Part shown: positions 7,553 to 17,473 of the stretch, piece after piece | How positions within the stretch are numbered: the stretch's first letter is position 1 | Layout: every line of letters starts with the position of its first letter | Made by a program: the position numbers and the translations under genes | The notes under the pieces: model-generated | Seen by the model: only the letters and a program-made list of their open reading frames with translations | The model's database searches: none | What the model was told of the DNA's origin: nothing | Source of the DNA: Microgenomates group bacterium GW2011_GWC1_46_15 | GTDB lineage: Bacteria > Patescibacteriota > Microgenomatia > UBA1400 > UBA12028 | Reading direction: 5' to 3' | Assembly: GCA_001002285.1 (NCBI GenBank) | Contig: LCLX01000001.1 | Span: 316,895 to 380,894 of the forward strand | Length of the DNA stretch: 64,000 nucleotides

Positions 7553-10285
7553 GTGGACATGACTTTAACGATGATCGGCACGGGTTTTGTGGGCGTTGTT
7601 TCCTCGGCGGTGTTTTCTTCTTTTGGAAACACAGTATATGGGCTTGATGTTGTTGAGGAGAAAATTGAGAAGCTCAAACGCGCCGAAATCCCCTTTTATG
7701 AACCAGGACTAAAAGAGTTGGTTGAAGAACAAATAAAAAAGGGCAATCTTCACTTTACAACGTCGTACCAAGAGGCAATTTCAGGTTCTGATGTTGTTAT
7801 TCTCGCTGTTGGAACTCCTTCTGCTGCGGATGGCCAGGCAGACTTAAAGTTTGTGTTTGCCGCGTGTGAAACACTTGCTCCGTTTTTAAAAGAAGGAGCC
7901 ATTGTTGCGATTAAAAGCACCGTACCTCCCGGAACGAATGCAAAAGTTGAACAGATTATTCGTGAAAAGACTCATGTGAAGTTCTTTACTGCGTCGTTGC
8001 CAGAGTTTTTGAAAGAAGGAACCGCGGTACAAGACACATTGCACCCGGATAGAATTCTCATTGGTGCGACAGACGCATCTGTTATTGAAAAATTAAAGAC
8101 GCTTCACGCCTCCTTGGGGGCTCCAGTCCTTGTGATGAAGCCGGAAAGCGCGCAAATGGCCAAGTATGCGGCCAATGCGTATCTCGCTACCCGCATCACG
8201 TTTATTAACCAAATTGCCAATCTTTGTGAGATCAATGGCGCCGATGTTTTGGAAGTGATTCAGGCGATTGGACAAGATAAACGAATTGGGGGCCATTATT
8301 GGTATCCCGGGCTTGGATATGGGGGGAGTTGTTTCAAGGGGAACGAAACAGTTTTTATGCTCAATAGTCCACGCGTGGCTCCTAGACGCTTGGATGAAAT
8401 TTTTCAGAAAGCAAATGAGTCAACTTCGATCGGTCGAGTCGAAGTTCGAGAAGCAAAAGATGCACGCGTACTGGCGTTTGACCTTCACACGGGAAATCCT
8501 ACTATTGCAGATGTACATGCGATAACCCGGCGACCATATCAAGGAGATATGGTGAAGATCACAACAAGTATGGGACGTTTGTTACACATAACTTCAGATC
8601 ATCCAGTTGTTCTTCGCGCCGAAAATACATTTATCATAACGCCTGCCTCACATGTTTCTGAGGGAGATCAGGTTATGGCACTTATGGAACTTCCAAAAAC
8701 TGAACGTACGACGGAACTGAACTTAATCGAGTTACTGCGGGGGACAAAGTTAGAAAAAACTGTGTACGTTTCTTCCATCGACGCATCTTTCGAGCAACAA
8801 TACCCGATATTTGTTCACCATATTCCAAAAAATATGCTCCATTACCCGCTGGAAATAAAGAAACATAACAGAATGTCACTAACACTCTTTCGTTATTTAG
8901 AAGAGCGCGGAGTACTTCACATTTCTTCCAAGAAACTTCAGGTATACACGGCAAAGGGAGCGGCAACAAAAATAAATGCTGTCATTTCCATTGATCAGGA
9001 CTTCATGCGGCTTTGCGGATACTATCTTGCAGAGGGATATATTGGCCTCGATGTAGGAAGGGTTGGCGCCCTGCGCAGCAGAATAGGGTTTTGTTTTAGT
9101 GAACGAGAATATGAATATATTTCCGATACCTGCGGCATTCTTAAACGCTTAGGAATGAAATATATTCAACGACATGCCACACACGCTATAACGACGATCG
9201 TGTCCTCACGAGTTTTTGCATGGGTGTTTCGTGATGTTTTAAAGATGGGGGTGCGTTCTGAGGATAAATCATTACCGCGAATTGCGTTTAATGTGCCGGA
9301 AGAATTACGTTTCGAACTTGTTCGTGGGATGTTTAGCGGGGATGGAGCGGTGACGAAAGTACAAAAAGGCCGCAATATGTTTTTTGAGTATGCAACAGTA
9401 AGTAAGTCACTTGCGGATGGAGCGGCATTTCTCTTGCAAACACTTGGTATCGTATCCTCTATTCGTGTACGCATGATGAACAAGTCTAAACATCAGGCAT
9501 ACATTCTTCGCATCAATGGATATCAACAAATGAAACAACTTATGAATGTGTTTGGAGAAAAACGACGGGATCAAATTCAAACAATACTTGCCGGTTATCA
9601 AAAACATATTAAGCAAAGCGGTTTTACACGATGCGGACCTTATACACTGCTCCGTGTCCAGAAAATCGAACGGGAAAAAGTTGATACCTTTGTGTATAGT
9701 TTGGAAACGAGTACAGGTACACTTATTGGTTCGTCCGGATTAATCGAACATAATTGTTTCCCCAAAGATGTGAAAGAGTTGGCCGCTTATGCCAAAGGAA
9801 TTGGTCAAAATGGCAATCTTATGGTCAAAGTAAGCGAGTTGAACGAAGAGCGGCCTTTAGCACTATTAGAGCGGTACGAGAAGCAAATCGGCGGTTGGGA
9901 AGGAAAAACGGTTGGTATACTCGGCCTTTCCTTTAAACCGAACACAGATGATATGCGGGAAGCTCCGAGTACGAAAGTTATTCCATATTTGTTGACAAAA
10001 AATACTCACATGAAAGCATACGATCCATTGGCGACAAAAACTGCTCAATCGTGGTTTCCCCAGTGGAACATAGAATATACTCAATCAACACAAGAAGCAT
10101 TGAAAGATTCGGATATTGTCATGCTTCTTATTGAGTGTGAAGAGTTTATTTCACTCTCCGTTTCTGACATTGCCGCCGGTATGAAGAAAGGCGGATGGTT
10201 TATTGATGTTCGCGACCAGTTTGCATCCAAGCGGAAAGAGTTCGACCAATACGGTATTCACTACATCGGGGTTGGCATTTCATGA
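7553..10285 (+). CDS. ugd: UDP-glucose 6-dehydrogenase precursor carrying a 475-aa intein. The mature enzyme would be about 435 aa.
   Basis: N-terminal IGTGFVG dinucleotide-binding fold. The catalytic motif GYGGS|C...HN|CFPKDV is split by the intein. The C-terminal UDP-sugar dehydrogenase domain resumes after 9755. The true start may be the internal M at 7559 or 7571. Confidence 0.85.
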   Translation: MDMTLTMIGTGFVGVVSSAVFSSFGNTVYGLDVVEEKIEKLKRAEIPFYEPGLKELVEEQIKKGNLHFTTSYQEAISGSDVVILAVGTPSAADGQADLKFVFAACETLAPFLKEGAIVAIKSTVPPGTNAKVEQIIREKTHVKFFTASLPEFLKEGTAVQDTLHPDRILIGATDASVIEKLKTLHASLGAPVLVMKPESAQMAKYAANAYLATRITFINQIANLCEINGADVLEVIQAIGQDKRIGGHYWYPGLGYGGSCFKGNETVFMLNSPRVAPRRLDEIFQKANESTSIGRVEVREAKDARVLAFDLHTGNPTIADVHAITRRPYQGDMVKITTSMGRLLHITSDHPVVLRAENTFIITPASHVSEGDQVMALMELPKTERTTELNLIELLRGTKLEKTVYVSSIDASFEQQYPIFVHHIPKNMLHYPLEIKKHNRMSLTLFRYLEERGVLHISSKKLQVYTAKGAATKINAVISIDQDFMRLCGYYLAEGYIGLDVGRVGALRSRIGFCFSEREYEYISDTCGILKRLGMKYIQRHATHAITTIVSSRVFAWVFRDVLKMGVRSEDKSLPRIAFNVPEELRFELVRGMFSGDGAVTKVQKGRNMFFEYATVSKSLADGAAFLLQTLGIVSSIRVRMMNKSKHQAYILRINGYQQMKQLMNVFGEKRRDQIQTILAGYQKHIKQSGFTRCGPYTLLRVQKIEREKVDTFVYSLETSTGTLIGSSGLIEHNCFPKDVKELAAYAKGIGQNGNLMVKVSELNEERPLALLERYEKQIGGWEGKTVGILGLSFKPNTDDMREAPSTKVIPYLLTKNTHMKAYDPLATKTAQSWFPQWNIEYTQSTQEALKDSDIVMLLIECEEFISLSVSDIAAGMKKGGWFIDVRDQFASKRKEFDQYGIHYIGVGIS
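8330..9754 (+). other. Intein (Hint splicing domain plus LAGLIDADG homing endonuclease), inserted in frame in ugd at the catalytic Cys.
   Basis: Cys1 (TGT at 8330) and block B LHITSDHPV (TxxH). Two LAGLIDADG-like motifs: LCGYYLAEGYIG and LVRGMFSGDGAV. It ends ...SSGLIEHN at 9754, with the +1 extein Cys at 9755. The extein junction reconstitutes the canonical GGSCFPKD motif. Confidence 0.85.
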
Positions 10286-11223
10286 AAATTCTTGTTACCG
10301 GCGCCTCCGGTTTTGCGGGCTCCCATCTGATTGAAGCATTAAAATCAGCCGGCCAGTCCGATATATACGGGACGGCATATGGAAACTCAAGTTATTTGGC
10401 GACGCTTATCCCCGAAGATCATATTATCAAAGTGAACTTGACGGATGCTGAGGCAACATTCACACTTATCGAAAAAGTCCAACCAGACCAGATTTACCAT
10501 CTCGCAGCATTTGCATTCGTCGGTGAAAGTTTTGACCGCGCTGCCGAACTTATGCAGAACAACATTGCTTTGCAGTTGAACATGTTGGAGGCGGTGCGCA
10601 AGTCTGCGCCCAAAGCGCGGCTTCTCGTCATTGGTTCTGCCGAAGAGTATGGGCTGAGCACAAAAGAGACGGAAAAAATCAATGAAGAACACCCATTTCG
10701 GCCAGTGAATCCATACGCGGTATCTAAAATAGCGCAAGATTTGTTGGGATACTCATACCAGGTTTCATACGGTCTTCAAGTGCTTCGCGTCCGCCCATTC
10801 AATCACATCGGTGAGCGCCAAACACCGGATTTTGCCATTCCCGCATTTGCCAAGCAAATTGTGGAGATAGAACGGGGGAAAAGCAGCAGCCTCAAAGTTG
10901 GCAATCTTGACGGCGTGCGTGATTTTACCGATGTGAAGGATATGGTGCGTGCATACATGACTATCATGGAAAAAGGAACGGTTGGCGAGGTGTATAACAT
11001 CGGAACCGGCATCGGGGTCAAAATGAAAGACGTTGTAGATAAGTTGGTTGCGTTGTCTACAGCAAAAATCCAGATTGAAGTAGATCAAACCCGCATGCGC
11101 CCACTTGATATTCCTTCGATTGTTGCTGATGCGTCTAAAATCATGGCGCTTGGGTGGAAACCAGAAATAGTACTAGATGAGACTCTAAAGAGGGTGGTAG
11201 AATATTGGAGAGTACAGAAATAA
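10282..11223 (+). CDS. NAD-dependent epimerase/dehydratase SDR, likely a GDP-4-keto-6-deoxy-D-mannose reductase (Rmd) or Fcl-like.
   Basis: MKILVTGASGFAGSHL N-terminus and YAVSK YxxxK motif. It lies in an operon with gmd and overlaps the ugd stop by ATGA. Confidence 0.55.
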   Translation: MKILVTGASGFAGSHLIEALKSAGQSDIYGTAYGNSSYLATLIPEDHIIKVNLTDAEATFTLIEKVQPDQIYHLAAFAFVGESFDRAAELMQNNIALQLNMLEAVRKSAPKARLLVIGSAEEYGLSTKETEKINEEHPFRPVNPYAVSKIAQDLLGYSYQVSYGLQVLRVRPFNHIGERQTPDFAIPAFAKQIVEIERGKSSSLKVGNLDGVRDFTDVKDMVRAYMTIMEKGTVGEVYNIGTGIGVKMKDVVDKLVALSTAKIQIEVDQTRMRPLDIPSIVADASKIMALGWKPEIVLDETLKRVVEYWRVQK

Positions 11224-11232
11224 GGAGGATGT

Positions 11233-11676
11233 ATGGTTTCGCTTGTTTCGCCCGAACTTGATGCGCAGATTAATGAACTTCATAAACTCGTTGAACCTTT
11301 ACGCGAAAAAGTTGAGAAATTGAGAGAGTTACGGAAAAATGCTCCCGAAAGCATGAAGCGTGGCGATGGATATGTTCATGAAATTTCAGAGATTATTCAT
11401 GCAAAAGACCTTCGGGTTGAAGAAATTGTTCAACAACTTGAAAAACTGAAAACAGCTATTCGTGGTGATGAAGTGTTGCTGGAGAGTTATCGTGATGCAT
11501 TTTTGGATAGAATTGCAAAAGAGAAACAGAATCTTATTGAGGATGGAAAAAAGATATTGGAAATTCAGCCAGATGAAGCTGCACTTCAGACATTTTTGGA
11601 AAATGAAATTAGGGGATCAAGGTATCCAGTCACGTCAATTGTGGGGTATTTTTCCCCAACAGAAAGCGACGTCTAA
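11233..11676 (+). CDS. Hypothetical coiled-coil protein.
   Basis: 147 aa, charged and helical with heptad-like Leu/Glu/Lys content. A strong AAGGAGG Shine-Dalgarno sits 5 nt before the ATG. It lies between the reductase and gmd. Confidence 0.55.
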   Translation: MVSLVSPELDAQINELHKLVEPLREKVEKLRELRKNAPESMKRGDGYVHEISEIIHAKDLRVEEIVQQLEKLKTAIRGDEVLLESYRDAFLDRIAKEKQNLIEDGKKILEIQPDEAALQTFLENEIRGSRYPVTSIVGYFSPTESDV

Positions 11677-11726
11677 TATAGAAACCCCTAGGAATTTGCA
11701 AAATCTGCTGTAGGAAAAAATAGCAT

Positions 11727-12698
11727 ATGCCTAAAAAAGCACTTATCACTGGCATTACCGGCCAAGACGGCTCCTACCTCGCCGAGTTTCTCCTCGAAAA
11801 AGGATATAGCGTGTACGGCCTTACCCGTCGCACGAGCACGCAGAACTTTGAGCGCATTAAACACATCATTCACGACGTTGAACTTGTTTCCGGTGACCTC
11901 ATTGACCAGCACTCCATCACGAACGCCGTTCACACAATTCAACCGGATGAGGTGTATAACTTAGCCGCGCAGAGCTTTGTTCAGGCATCTTGGGAACAGC
12001 CAGTGTTGACTGGCGAGTTTACCGCACTTGGTGTTACACGTGTCTTGGAAGCCGTGAAGCTTGCCAAACAGGACGCCAAGTTTTACCAAGCCTCGAGCTC
12101 CGAAATGTTCGGCAAAGTGTTAGAAACACCGCAGAAAGAAACGACACCATTCTATCCCCGCTCGCCGTATGGTATTGCCAAAGTATATGGTCACTGGATC
12201 ACGGTGAACTACCGCGAGTCGTTCAACATGTTCGCGTGTTCAGGCATATTGTTTAACCACGAGTCGCCGCGGCGTGGGCTTGAGTTTGTAACGCGTAAAA
12301 TCGCAAACGGTGTTGCGCGGGTAAAGTATGGTATGCAAAAAACCATTAAACTTGGCAATCTCGAATCAAAACGTGACTGGGGATATGCTCCGGACTACGT
12401 CGAGGCAATGTGGCTCATGCTTCAGCAAGATAAACCGGATGATTTTGTGATCGCAACGGGAGAAACACACTCCGGCAGTGAATTTCTCGAGGAAGCGTGC
12501 AAAGTTGTGGGGATTTCGGATTGGAAAGCGGTGTACGAGCATGATGCCAAGTATGATAGGCCGGCGGAGGTTGATTTTCTCATTGGTGACGCGTCAAAAG
12601 CGAAAAAAGTTCTCGGGTGGTCCCCCAAGACGAGTTTCAAAGACCTTGTCCGCATTATGGTTGAGGCAGAGTTAGAATCGGAAAAGAATCAGACCTAA
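11727..12698 (+). CDS. gmd: GDP-mannose 4,6-dehydratase.
   Basis: [23 protein letters not shown] start, [14 protein letters not shown] (YxxxK), and full-length Gmd similarity. Confidence 0.9.
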   Translation: MPKKALITGITGQDGSYLAEFLLEKGYSVYGLTRRTSTQNFERIKHIIHDVELVSGDLIDQHSITNAVHTIQPDEVYNLAAQSFVQASWEQPVLTGEFTALGVTRVLEAVKLAKQDAKFYQASSSEMFGKVLETPQKETTPFYPRSPYGIAKVYGHWITVNYRESFNMFACSGILFNHESPRRGLEFVTRKIANGVARVKYGMQKTIKLGNLESKRDWGYAPDYVEAMWLMLQQDKPDDFVIATGETHSGSEFLEEACKVVGISDWKAVYEHDAKYDRPAEVDFLIGDASKAKKVLGWSPKTSFKDLVRIMVEAELESEKNQT

Positions 12699-12748
12699 GA
12701 GTCTGCTTGAAAAGTCGCATCTTCACTTGGTCCAAAAGACATGGAATA

Positions 12749-13969
12749 ATGACACCTATGAAGATTTCGCGTGTAGTCATGATCATTCCAACGTACAACG
12801 AAAAAGAGAACATCTCTAAACTTATTCCGGTGCTTCAACAGGTTTTTTCCCGCGTTCCTAAAAAATATGAGATGCACATTCTGATTGTTGATGATAGTTC
12901 TCCCGATGGAACGGGAAATGTTGTTGAAAAGTTTTCACTGTCGAATAAAAACGTTCACTTGTTGACGAATCCAAAAAAAGGCGGATTGGGTGCGGCATAC
13001 ATGCGCGGGATGACCGAGGCGTTTGGTCCACTCAAAGCAGATCTTATTTTTGAGTTTGATGCGGATTTTTCGCACGATCCAGAAAAAATTCCGGAGTTTT
13101 TGCAGAAAATTGATGAAGGGTATGAGTTTGTCCTTGGTTCACGGTATATTCCCGGTGGTTCTATTCCTCCCAACTGGGGGTGGCACCGGAAGTTTCTCAG
13201 TATCTACGGCAACCTGTTTATTAATTTGGTATTGACGACGTTGGCTGTTCACGACTGGACAACAGGATACCGGGCGATTACTAAAAAAGTGTACATTGCC
13301 GTCCGCGATGAAATGAAAGGTGAACGATTTACCGGATATACCTGGCAAATTGGATTTCTGCACAAAGCAATGCGGAAAGGATTCAAAATTACCGAAGTGC
13401 CGTTCAAGTTTGTTGATCGTACAATGGGACACTCAAAACTCGGTGCGGAGTACATTAAAAATACGTTTATGTATATCGTAAAAGTGCGCTTGCAGGAAAT
13501 TTTTGCGATGCGCGTATTTAAGTTCGGCATGGTAGGTGGATTGGGATTTGTCATTAACACGCTTGGTTTGTTTCTTTTTAGCAGACTTCCGGTTGTTGTA
13601 TCGCTCTCAAATGCGTTATATACCACGACGAAACTCAGCATGGTAAATGTTTCGGGATTGGCGGCGGCACTTGGTGCGGAGTGTGCGATTATTTCAAACT
13701 TTACATGGAACAACCTGTGGACATTCCACGACAGAAAGCTTACAAGTGCGTGGAGCATTTTTCCAAAGTTTATTCAGTTTAATCTTGCCTCGTTTGGCGC
13801 AGTTGCCATTCAATTTTTAGTTGTTGGTGCGGGAACCGCGGTAACGGGACAAACAACATTTTGGCGGTTTTTCTGGCTCGTTGTGGCAACGGCAATAGGA
13901 ATGGTGTTGAACTATATTGTCTATAGCACATTTATTTGGAAAGTAAAAAAACCACATCCTGCAGTATGA
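12749..13969 (+). CDS. Polyprenyl-phosphate sugar synthase (GT2, DPM1/GtrB-like) fused to a C-terminal GtrA-like flippase domain.
   Basis: IIPTYNE...VDDSSPDGT...FDADFSHDP GT2 DPM-type motifs. The C-terminal four-helix region has FKFGMVGGLGFVINTLGLFLF and NFTWNNLWTF, the GtrA signature. The ORF-track start is 12707. Confidence 0.75.
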   Translation: MTPMKISRVVMIIPTYNEKENISKLIPVLQQVFSRVPKKYEMHILIVDDSSPDGTGNVVEKFSLSNKNVHLLTNPKKGGLGAAYMRGMTEAFGPLKADLIFEFDADFSHDPEKIPEFLQKIDEGYEFVLGSRYIPGGSIPPNWGWHRKFLSIYGNLFINLVLTTLAVHDWTTGYRAITKKVYIAVRDEMKGERFTGYTWQIGFLHKAMRKGFKITEVPFKFVDRTMGHSKLGAEYIKNTFMYIVKVRLQEIFAMRVFKFGMVGGLGFVINTLGLFLFSRLPVVVSLSNALYTTTKLSMVNVSGLAAALGAECAIISNFTWNNLWTFHDRKLTSAWSIFPKFIQFNLASFGAVAIQFLVVGAGTAVTGQTTFWRFFWLVVATAIGMVLNYIVYSTFIWKVKKPHPAV

Positions 13970-15471
13970 AGAAGTCTTACCTCTTTTTAGTGATTTTAAT
14001 GCTAATTGCTTCTTTTGTCCGATTTTTCCGGTTTACCGATTATCTCGAGTTTTTAGACGATCAAGGACGTGACGCGATTGTGATGAAGCGTATTCTCATA
14101 GATCACGATTTAACATTACTTGGTCCGGGTACGAGCGTTGGAAACATGTATCTTGGCCCACTCTACTACTATGCGATGACGCCGTTTTTGGCGCTCACAT
14201 ATCCCGATCCCACTGGTCCCGCATATGGAATGGCGCTACTCGGGGTTATGACGGTGGCACTCGTCTTTCTTTTGGGTAAGGAAATGGTTGGTGAACGTGC
14301 TGCTGGCATGGCGGCACTGCTGTATGCAACTGCGCCTGTCGTCATGCATCTTTCGCGATTTAGCTGGCAGCCCAATCCCGCGCCGTTTTTTGGTTTACTC
14401 ATGATGTGGTGCACGTACCGCGCGCTTAAAGGAAAAACATGGTATTGGTTGGGAGTTGGACTGAGTTTTGCGGTCATGACACAACTGCACTATGTTGCGA
14501 TGCTGACGCTTTTTCCTTCCGCGATGTTGTTTTTGTATGATGCGTGGAAACATCCAAAGAAACGCACAACGCATATTCAGATTGCCCTGTTGTCATTTTT
14601 CGCTGTTTTTCTTGTGTTTTCTCCTTTGATTGCGTTTGATCTTCGCCATGACCACCTTATTCTTAAAGGTTTCCAAGAGTTTCTTACTTCCCAGCACCAA
14701 ACCTCGCCTCTTTCTGACAGGATCGCACGATTCTTTCTCGATTTGCACGGGCGTGGACTACAAACCATTGTGGAAACACTGGGACTGCCGCACACCACAA
14801 TGACCGACCGCGAAGTAAATACAATACTGCTTGTAGTGTTTATTGTGAGCGCTATTTTTATTGCGTATACAAGAGTGAAAAAGAACAAAAATAGCACGGC
14901 GGAACTCATACTCTATGTATGGATTGGTATGACGATTATCGGGTTGTGTATGTATAGGAACACGGTATATCCACATTATTTTGCATTTCTTTTCCCTGCG
15001 ATATTTCTCGTTACAGGAATGATTTTTGCACACCTTGCATCGTTGCGGAAGTTTTTACTGCCGGTTGTATGGGGTGTTGTTGCGCTCCTTGCATTGTTAA
15101 ACGCTGGACAACTGAGCATTTGGCGCCACAAAGATTCTGACATGAAGCTTTTCCGCACGATTGTCCAGGATATTTCTTCCTCAATTAAGCCAGGAGAACG
15201 ATATAACCTTGCGCTGCTGAACTCGAACAGGGAATATCGTGCGATGAAGTACCGCTACTTTTTTGAGGTAAGCGATAAACAACCGCAGTCACAGTATGAC
15301 TACATGAATTTGGATAAACTTATTGTTGTTGTAGAGAACGGTGAACAGCCATTGAAAGCACCCATTTTTGAAGTGCAACAATTTATGCGCGAAGTCAAAA
15401 AACCAGTTCTACTGACAAAGAAAAGTTATCAGGGTAAGATTATAGAAGTGTACGTTTTTTCGAGAAAGTAA
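13966..15471 (+). CDS. GT-C fold polytopic membrane glycosyltransferase (PMT/ArnT-related, DxD-loop type).
   Basis: About 500 aa and multi-TM, with a first periplasmic loop LDDQGRDAIVMKRIL and PGTSVGNMYLGPLYYY. Its start overlaps the upstream stop as ATGA. It has paralogs at 56521 and 58027(-). Confidence 0.65.
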   Translation: MKKSYLFLVILMLIASFVRFFRFTDYLEFLDDQGRDAIVMKRILIDHDLTLLGPGTSVGNMYLGPLYYYAMTPFLALTYPDPTGPAYGMALLGVMTVALVFLLGKEMVGERAAGMAALLYATAPVVMHLSRFSWQPNPAPFFGLLMMWCTYRALKGKTWYWLGVGLSFAVMTQLHYVAMLTLFPSAMLFLYDAWKHPKKRTTHIQIALLSFFAVFLVFSPLIAFDLRHDHLILKGFQEFLTSQHQTSPLSDRIARFFLDLHGRGLQTIVETLGLPHTTMTDREVNTILLVVFIVSAIFIAYTRVKKNKNSTAELILYVWIGMTIIGLCMYRNTVYPHYFAFLFPAIFLVTGMIFAHLASLRKFLLPVVWGVVALLALLNAGQLSIWRHKDSDMKLFRTIVQDISSSIKPGERYNLALLNSNREYRAMKYRYFFEVSDKQPQSQYDYMNLDKLIVVVENGEQPLKAPIFEVQQFMREVKKPVLLTKKSYQGKIIEVYVFSRK

Positions 15472-15482
15472 CGAGAATAACT

Positions 15483-16265
15483 ATGCAGTCAGCGAAAACA
15501 TCAGTAAGAATTTCAGTCATTTTGCCCTCATACAACGAGATGCAAAATATTTCCCGCGGTGTTCTTGATGAGGTCTATGCCTATCTTGAAAAACAATCAT
15601 ATAGTTGGGAGATTGTTTTGACTGATGATGGTTCAACGGACGGAACGTTGGATGCGTTATACGCGTTTGAAAAAACACACGACCATGTAATGGTGATAAA
15701 CAATCCGCATCAGGGAAAAGGCCCAACTGTTGCGAATGGAATGTTGGCGGCACGTGGGAAACTCCGGCTGTTCTCCGATTTTGACCAAGCAACGCCGATT
15801 CATGAAGTTGAGCGCCTTCTGCCTTTTTTTGATGACAGATACGATATAGTAATCGGTTCACGCGAAGTTCAGGGGGCGCGGCGGGAAAAAGAACCGTTTC
15901 ACCGCCATATTATGGGAAAGGGATTCAACCTTTTTGTGAAGTTGTTTACTGTCCGTGGCATCCAAGACACGCAGTGTGGATTCAAAATGTTTACAGATCA
16001 GGCCGCCAAAACGCTGTTTCCAATGTTATCTGTGTACAAAGCAGGGAATGTCCGCGGCGATGCATTTACCGGCGCGTTTGATGTTGAACTGTTATACATT
16101 GCAAAGAAAAAAAACCTCAAGATCGCTGAGGTCCCTGTGTTTTGGAAACATATTAAAACAAATCGCGTTGACCCGATCAAAGACTCTACGCGCATGCTGA
16201 TTGATCTCGTCAAAATACGCTTTTCAGACATGCTGGGGGCGTACTCCGAAACACGAAAACAATGA
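15483..16265 (+). CDS. GT2 glycosyltransferase, DPM1/Alg5-like polyprenyl-phosphate glycosyltransferase (soluble).
   Basis: ISVILPSYNE, LTDDGSTDGT, and the DxD-like FSDFD. 260 aa with no TM segments. Confidence 0.75.
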   Translation: MQSAKTSVRISVILPSYNEMQNISRGVLDEVYAYLEKQSYSWEIVLTDDGSTDGTLDALYAFEKTHDHVMVINNPHQGKGPTVANGMLAARGKLRLFSDFDQATPIHEVERLLPFFDDRYDIVIGSREVQGARREKEPFHRHIMGKGFNLFVKLFTVRGIQDTQCGFKMFTDQAAKTLFPMLSVYKAGNVRGDAFTGAFDVELLYIAKKKNLKIAEVPVFWKHIKTNRVDPIKDSTRMLIDLVKIRFSDMLGAYSETRKQ

Positions 16266-17461
16266 AAAAACTCTTTCTTCAACTGCTTCTCATCATTCCG
16301 TTTATTTTATTTGGTGTGTATTCGTACGCGCAGACTGATCCCAATTTAGTCATTTCGTCATACCCTCCGTACTGGAAGTTCCAACAACACATGTGGCAGT
16401 TGGGATATCACCAGCGGCCGCAGTCTACCGAGATATACGCAGGGATTATTGTTCTGATGTTTATTGCTTCAGTTGTTGCGGTTCGCAAGTTATCTAAACT
16501 CGCGCTGTTTCCATTTTTTTTGAGTGTTGTACTAATTCTTATCTTTGCATACCCCGCACTTTCGCATGATCTTTTCAACTACATGTTCAATGCAAAAATG
16601 GTCACGGTATACCATGCAAATCCACATCAACACGTTGCGCTGGAGTTCCCGAGCGACGATTGGTTACGGTTTATGCACAACACGCACACACCAGCACCGT
16701 ATGGATATGGATGGACCGTTCTCTCTTTACTCCCGTACGCTTTTGGCATGAATAAGTTCAACCCGACCTACTATTTGTTTAAAACATTTATGGTTGTTGG
16801 ATTATTTGGGCTATTTTATGTGCAAAAACGCATTGCAGTACTGTTGAAAGAAGAAAAACAGTGGAGCATTTCACGATGGTTGTTTTTTCTCAGCCCTTTG
16901 GTGCTCATTGAAACAATTGGAAACGCCCATAATGATGTGTGGATGATTGCGCTGGCACTTGGTTCGATGTGGATGGCGTTTCTTTCACTCAAACAAAAAA
17001 AGATGATGATGTGGATAGCCTACGCCGTATCCTCGCTTGCGTTTCTTGCGGCATCAATCTCGATAAAATTTGCAACGATTGTTCTTCTTCCGGTTGTGGT
17101 TATTCTTATGTTTTCAAGCCGTGTGAAAAATAAGATGATTGCAATAATTACCCGCTACTGGGCAGATATTTCTGCTGTTTTGCTCTTTCTGCCATTGCTT
17201 ACCGAGCGGTCTCAACAGTTTCATCCGTGGTACCTCATCTGGAGTTTAGCGTTTGTCCCATTTATGCAAAAAACATGGCTTAAAGTGTGGATATTGGCGT
17301 TCTCTCTCTCAAGCATGTTCCGGTATGTTCCATTCCTCTACTATGGCGAGTACACACCACGGGAACTACAGCAGGAGTTACTTATTACTTGGGCGGGAGG
17401 TATCGGGGTATTTGTGGTGTGGGGGTTGGTACGCAAATTCAGTGTTGCAAGTCATAAATAA
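16262..17461 (+). CDS. Polytopic membrane protein, GT87/DUF2029-like putative polyprenyl-P-sugar-dependent glycosyltransferase.
   Basis: 399 aa and multi-TM. The first loop HDLFNYMFNAKMVTVYHANPH...EFPSDDW resembles the DUF2029 DLxxY...NPY...YPP pattern. A T8 tract lies in the coding region. Confidence 0.45.
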   Translation: MKKLFLQLLLIIPFILFGVYSYAQTDPNLVISSYPPYWKFQQHMWQLGYHQRPQSTEIYAGIIVLMFIASVVAVRKLSKLALFPFFLSVVLILIFAYPALSHDLFNYMFNAKMVTVYHANPHQHVALEFPSDDWLRFMHNTHTPAPYGYGWTVLSLLPYAFGMNKFNPTYYLFKTFMVVGLFGLFYVQKRIAVLLKEEKQWSISRWLFFLSPLVLIETIGNAHNDVWMIALALGSMWMAFLSLKQKKMMMWIAYAVSSLAFLAASISIKFATIVLLPVVVILMFSSRVKNKMIAIITRYWADISAVLLFLPLLTERSQQFHPWYLIWSLAFVPFMQKTWLKVWILAFSLSSMFRYVPFLYYGEYTPRELQQELLITWAGGIGVFVVWGLVRKFSVASHK

Positions 17462-17473
17462 TGTTCAGAATTA

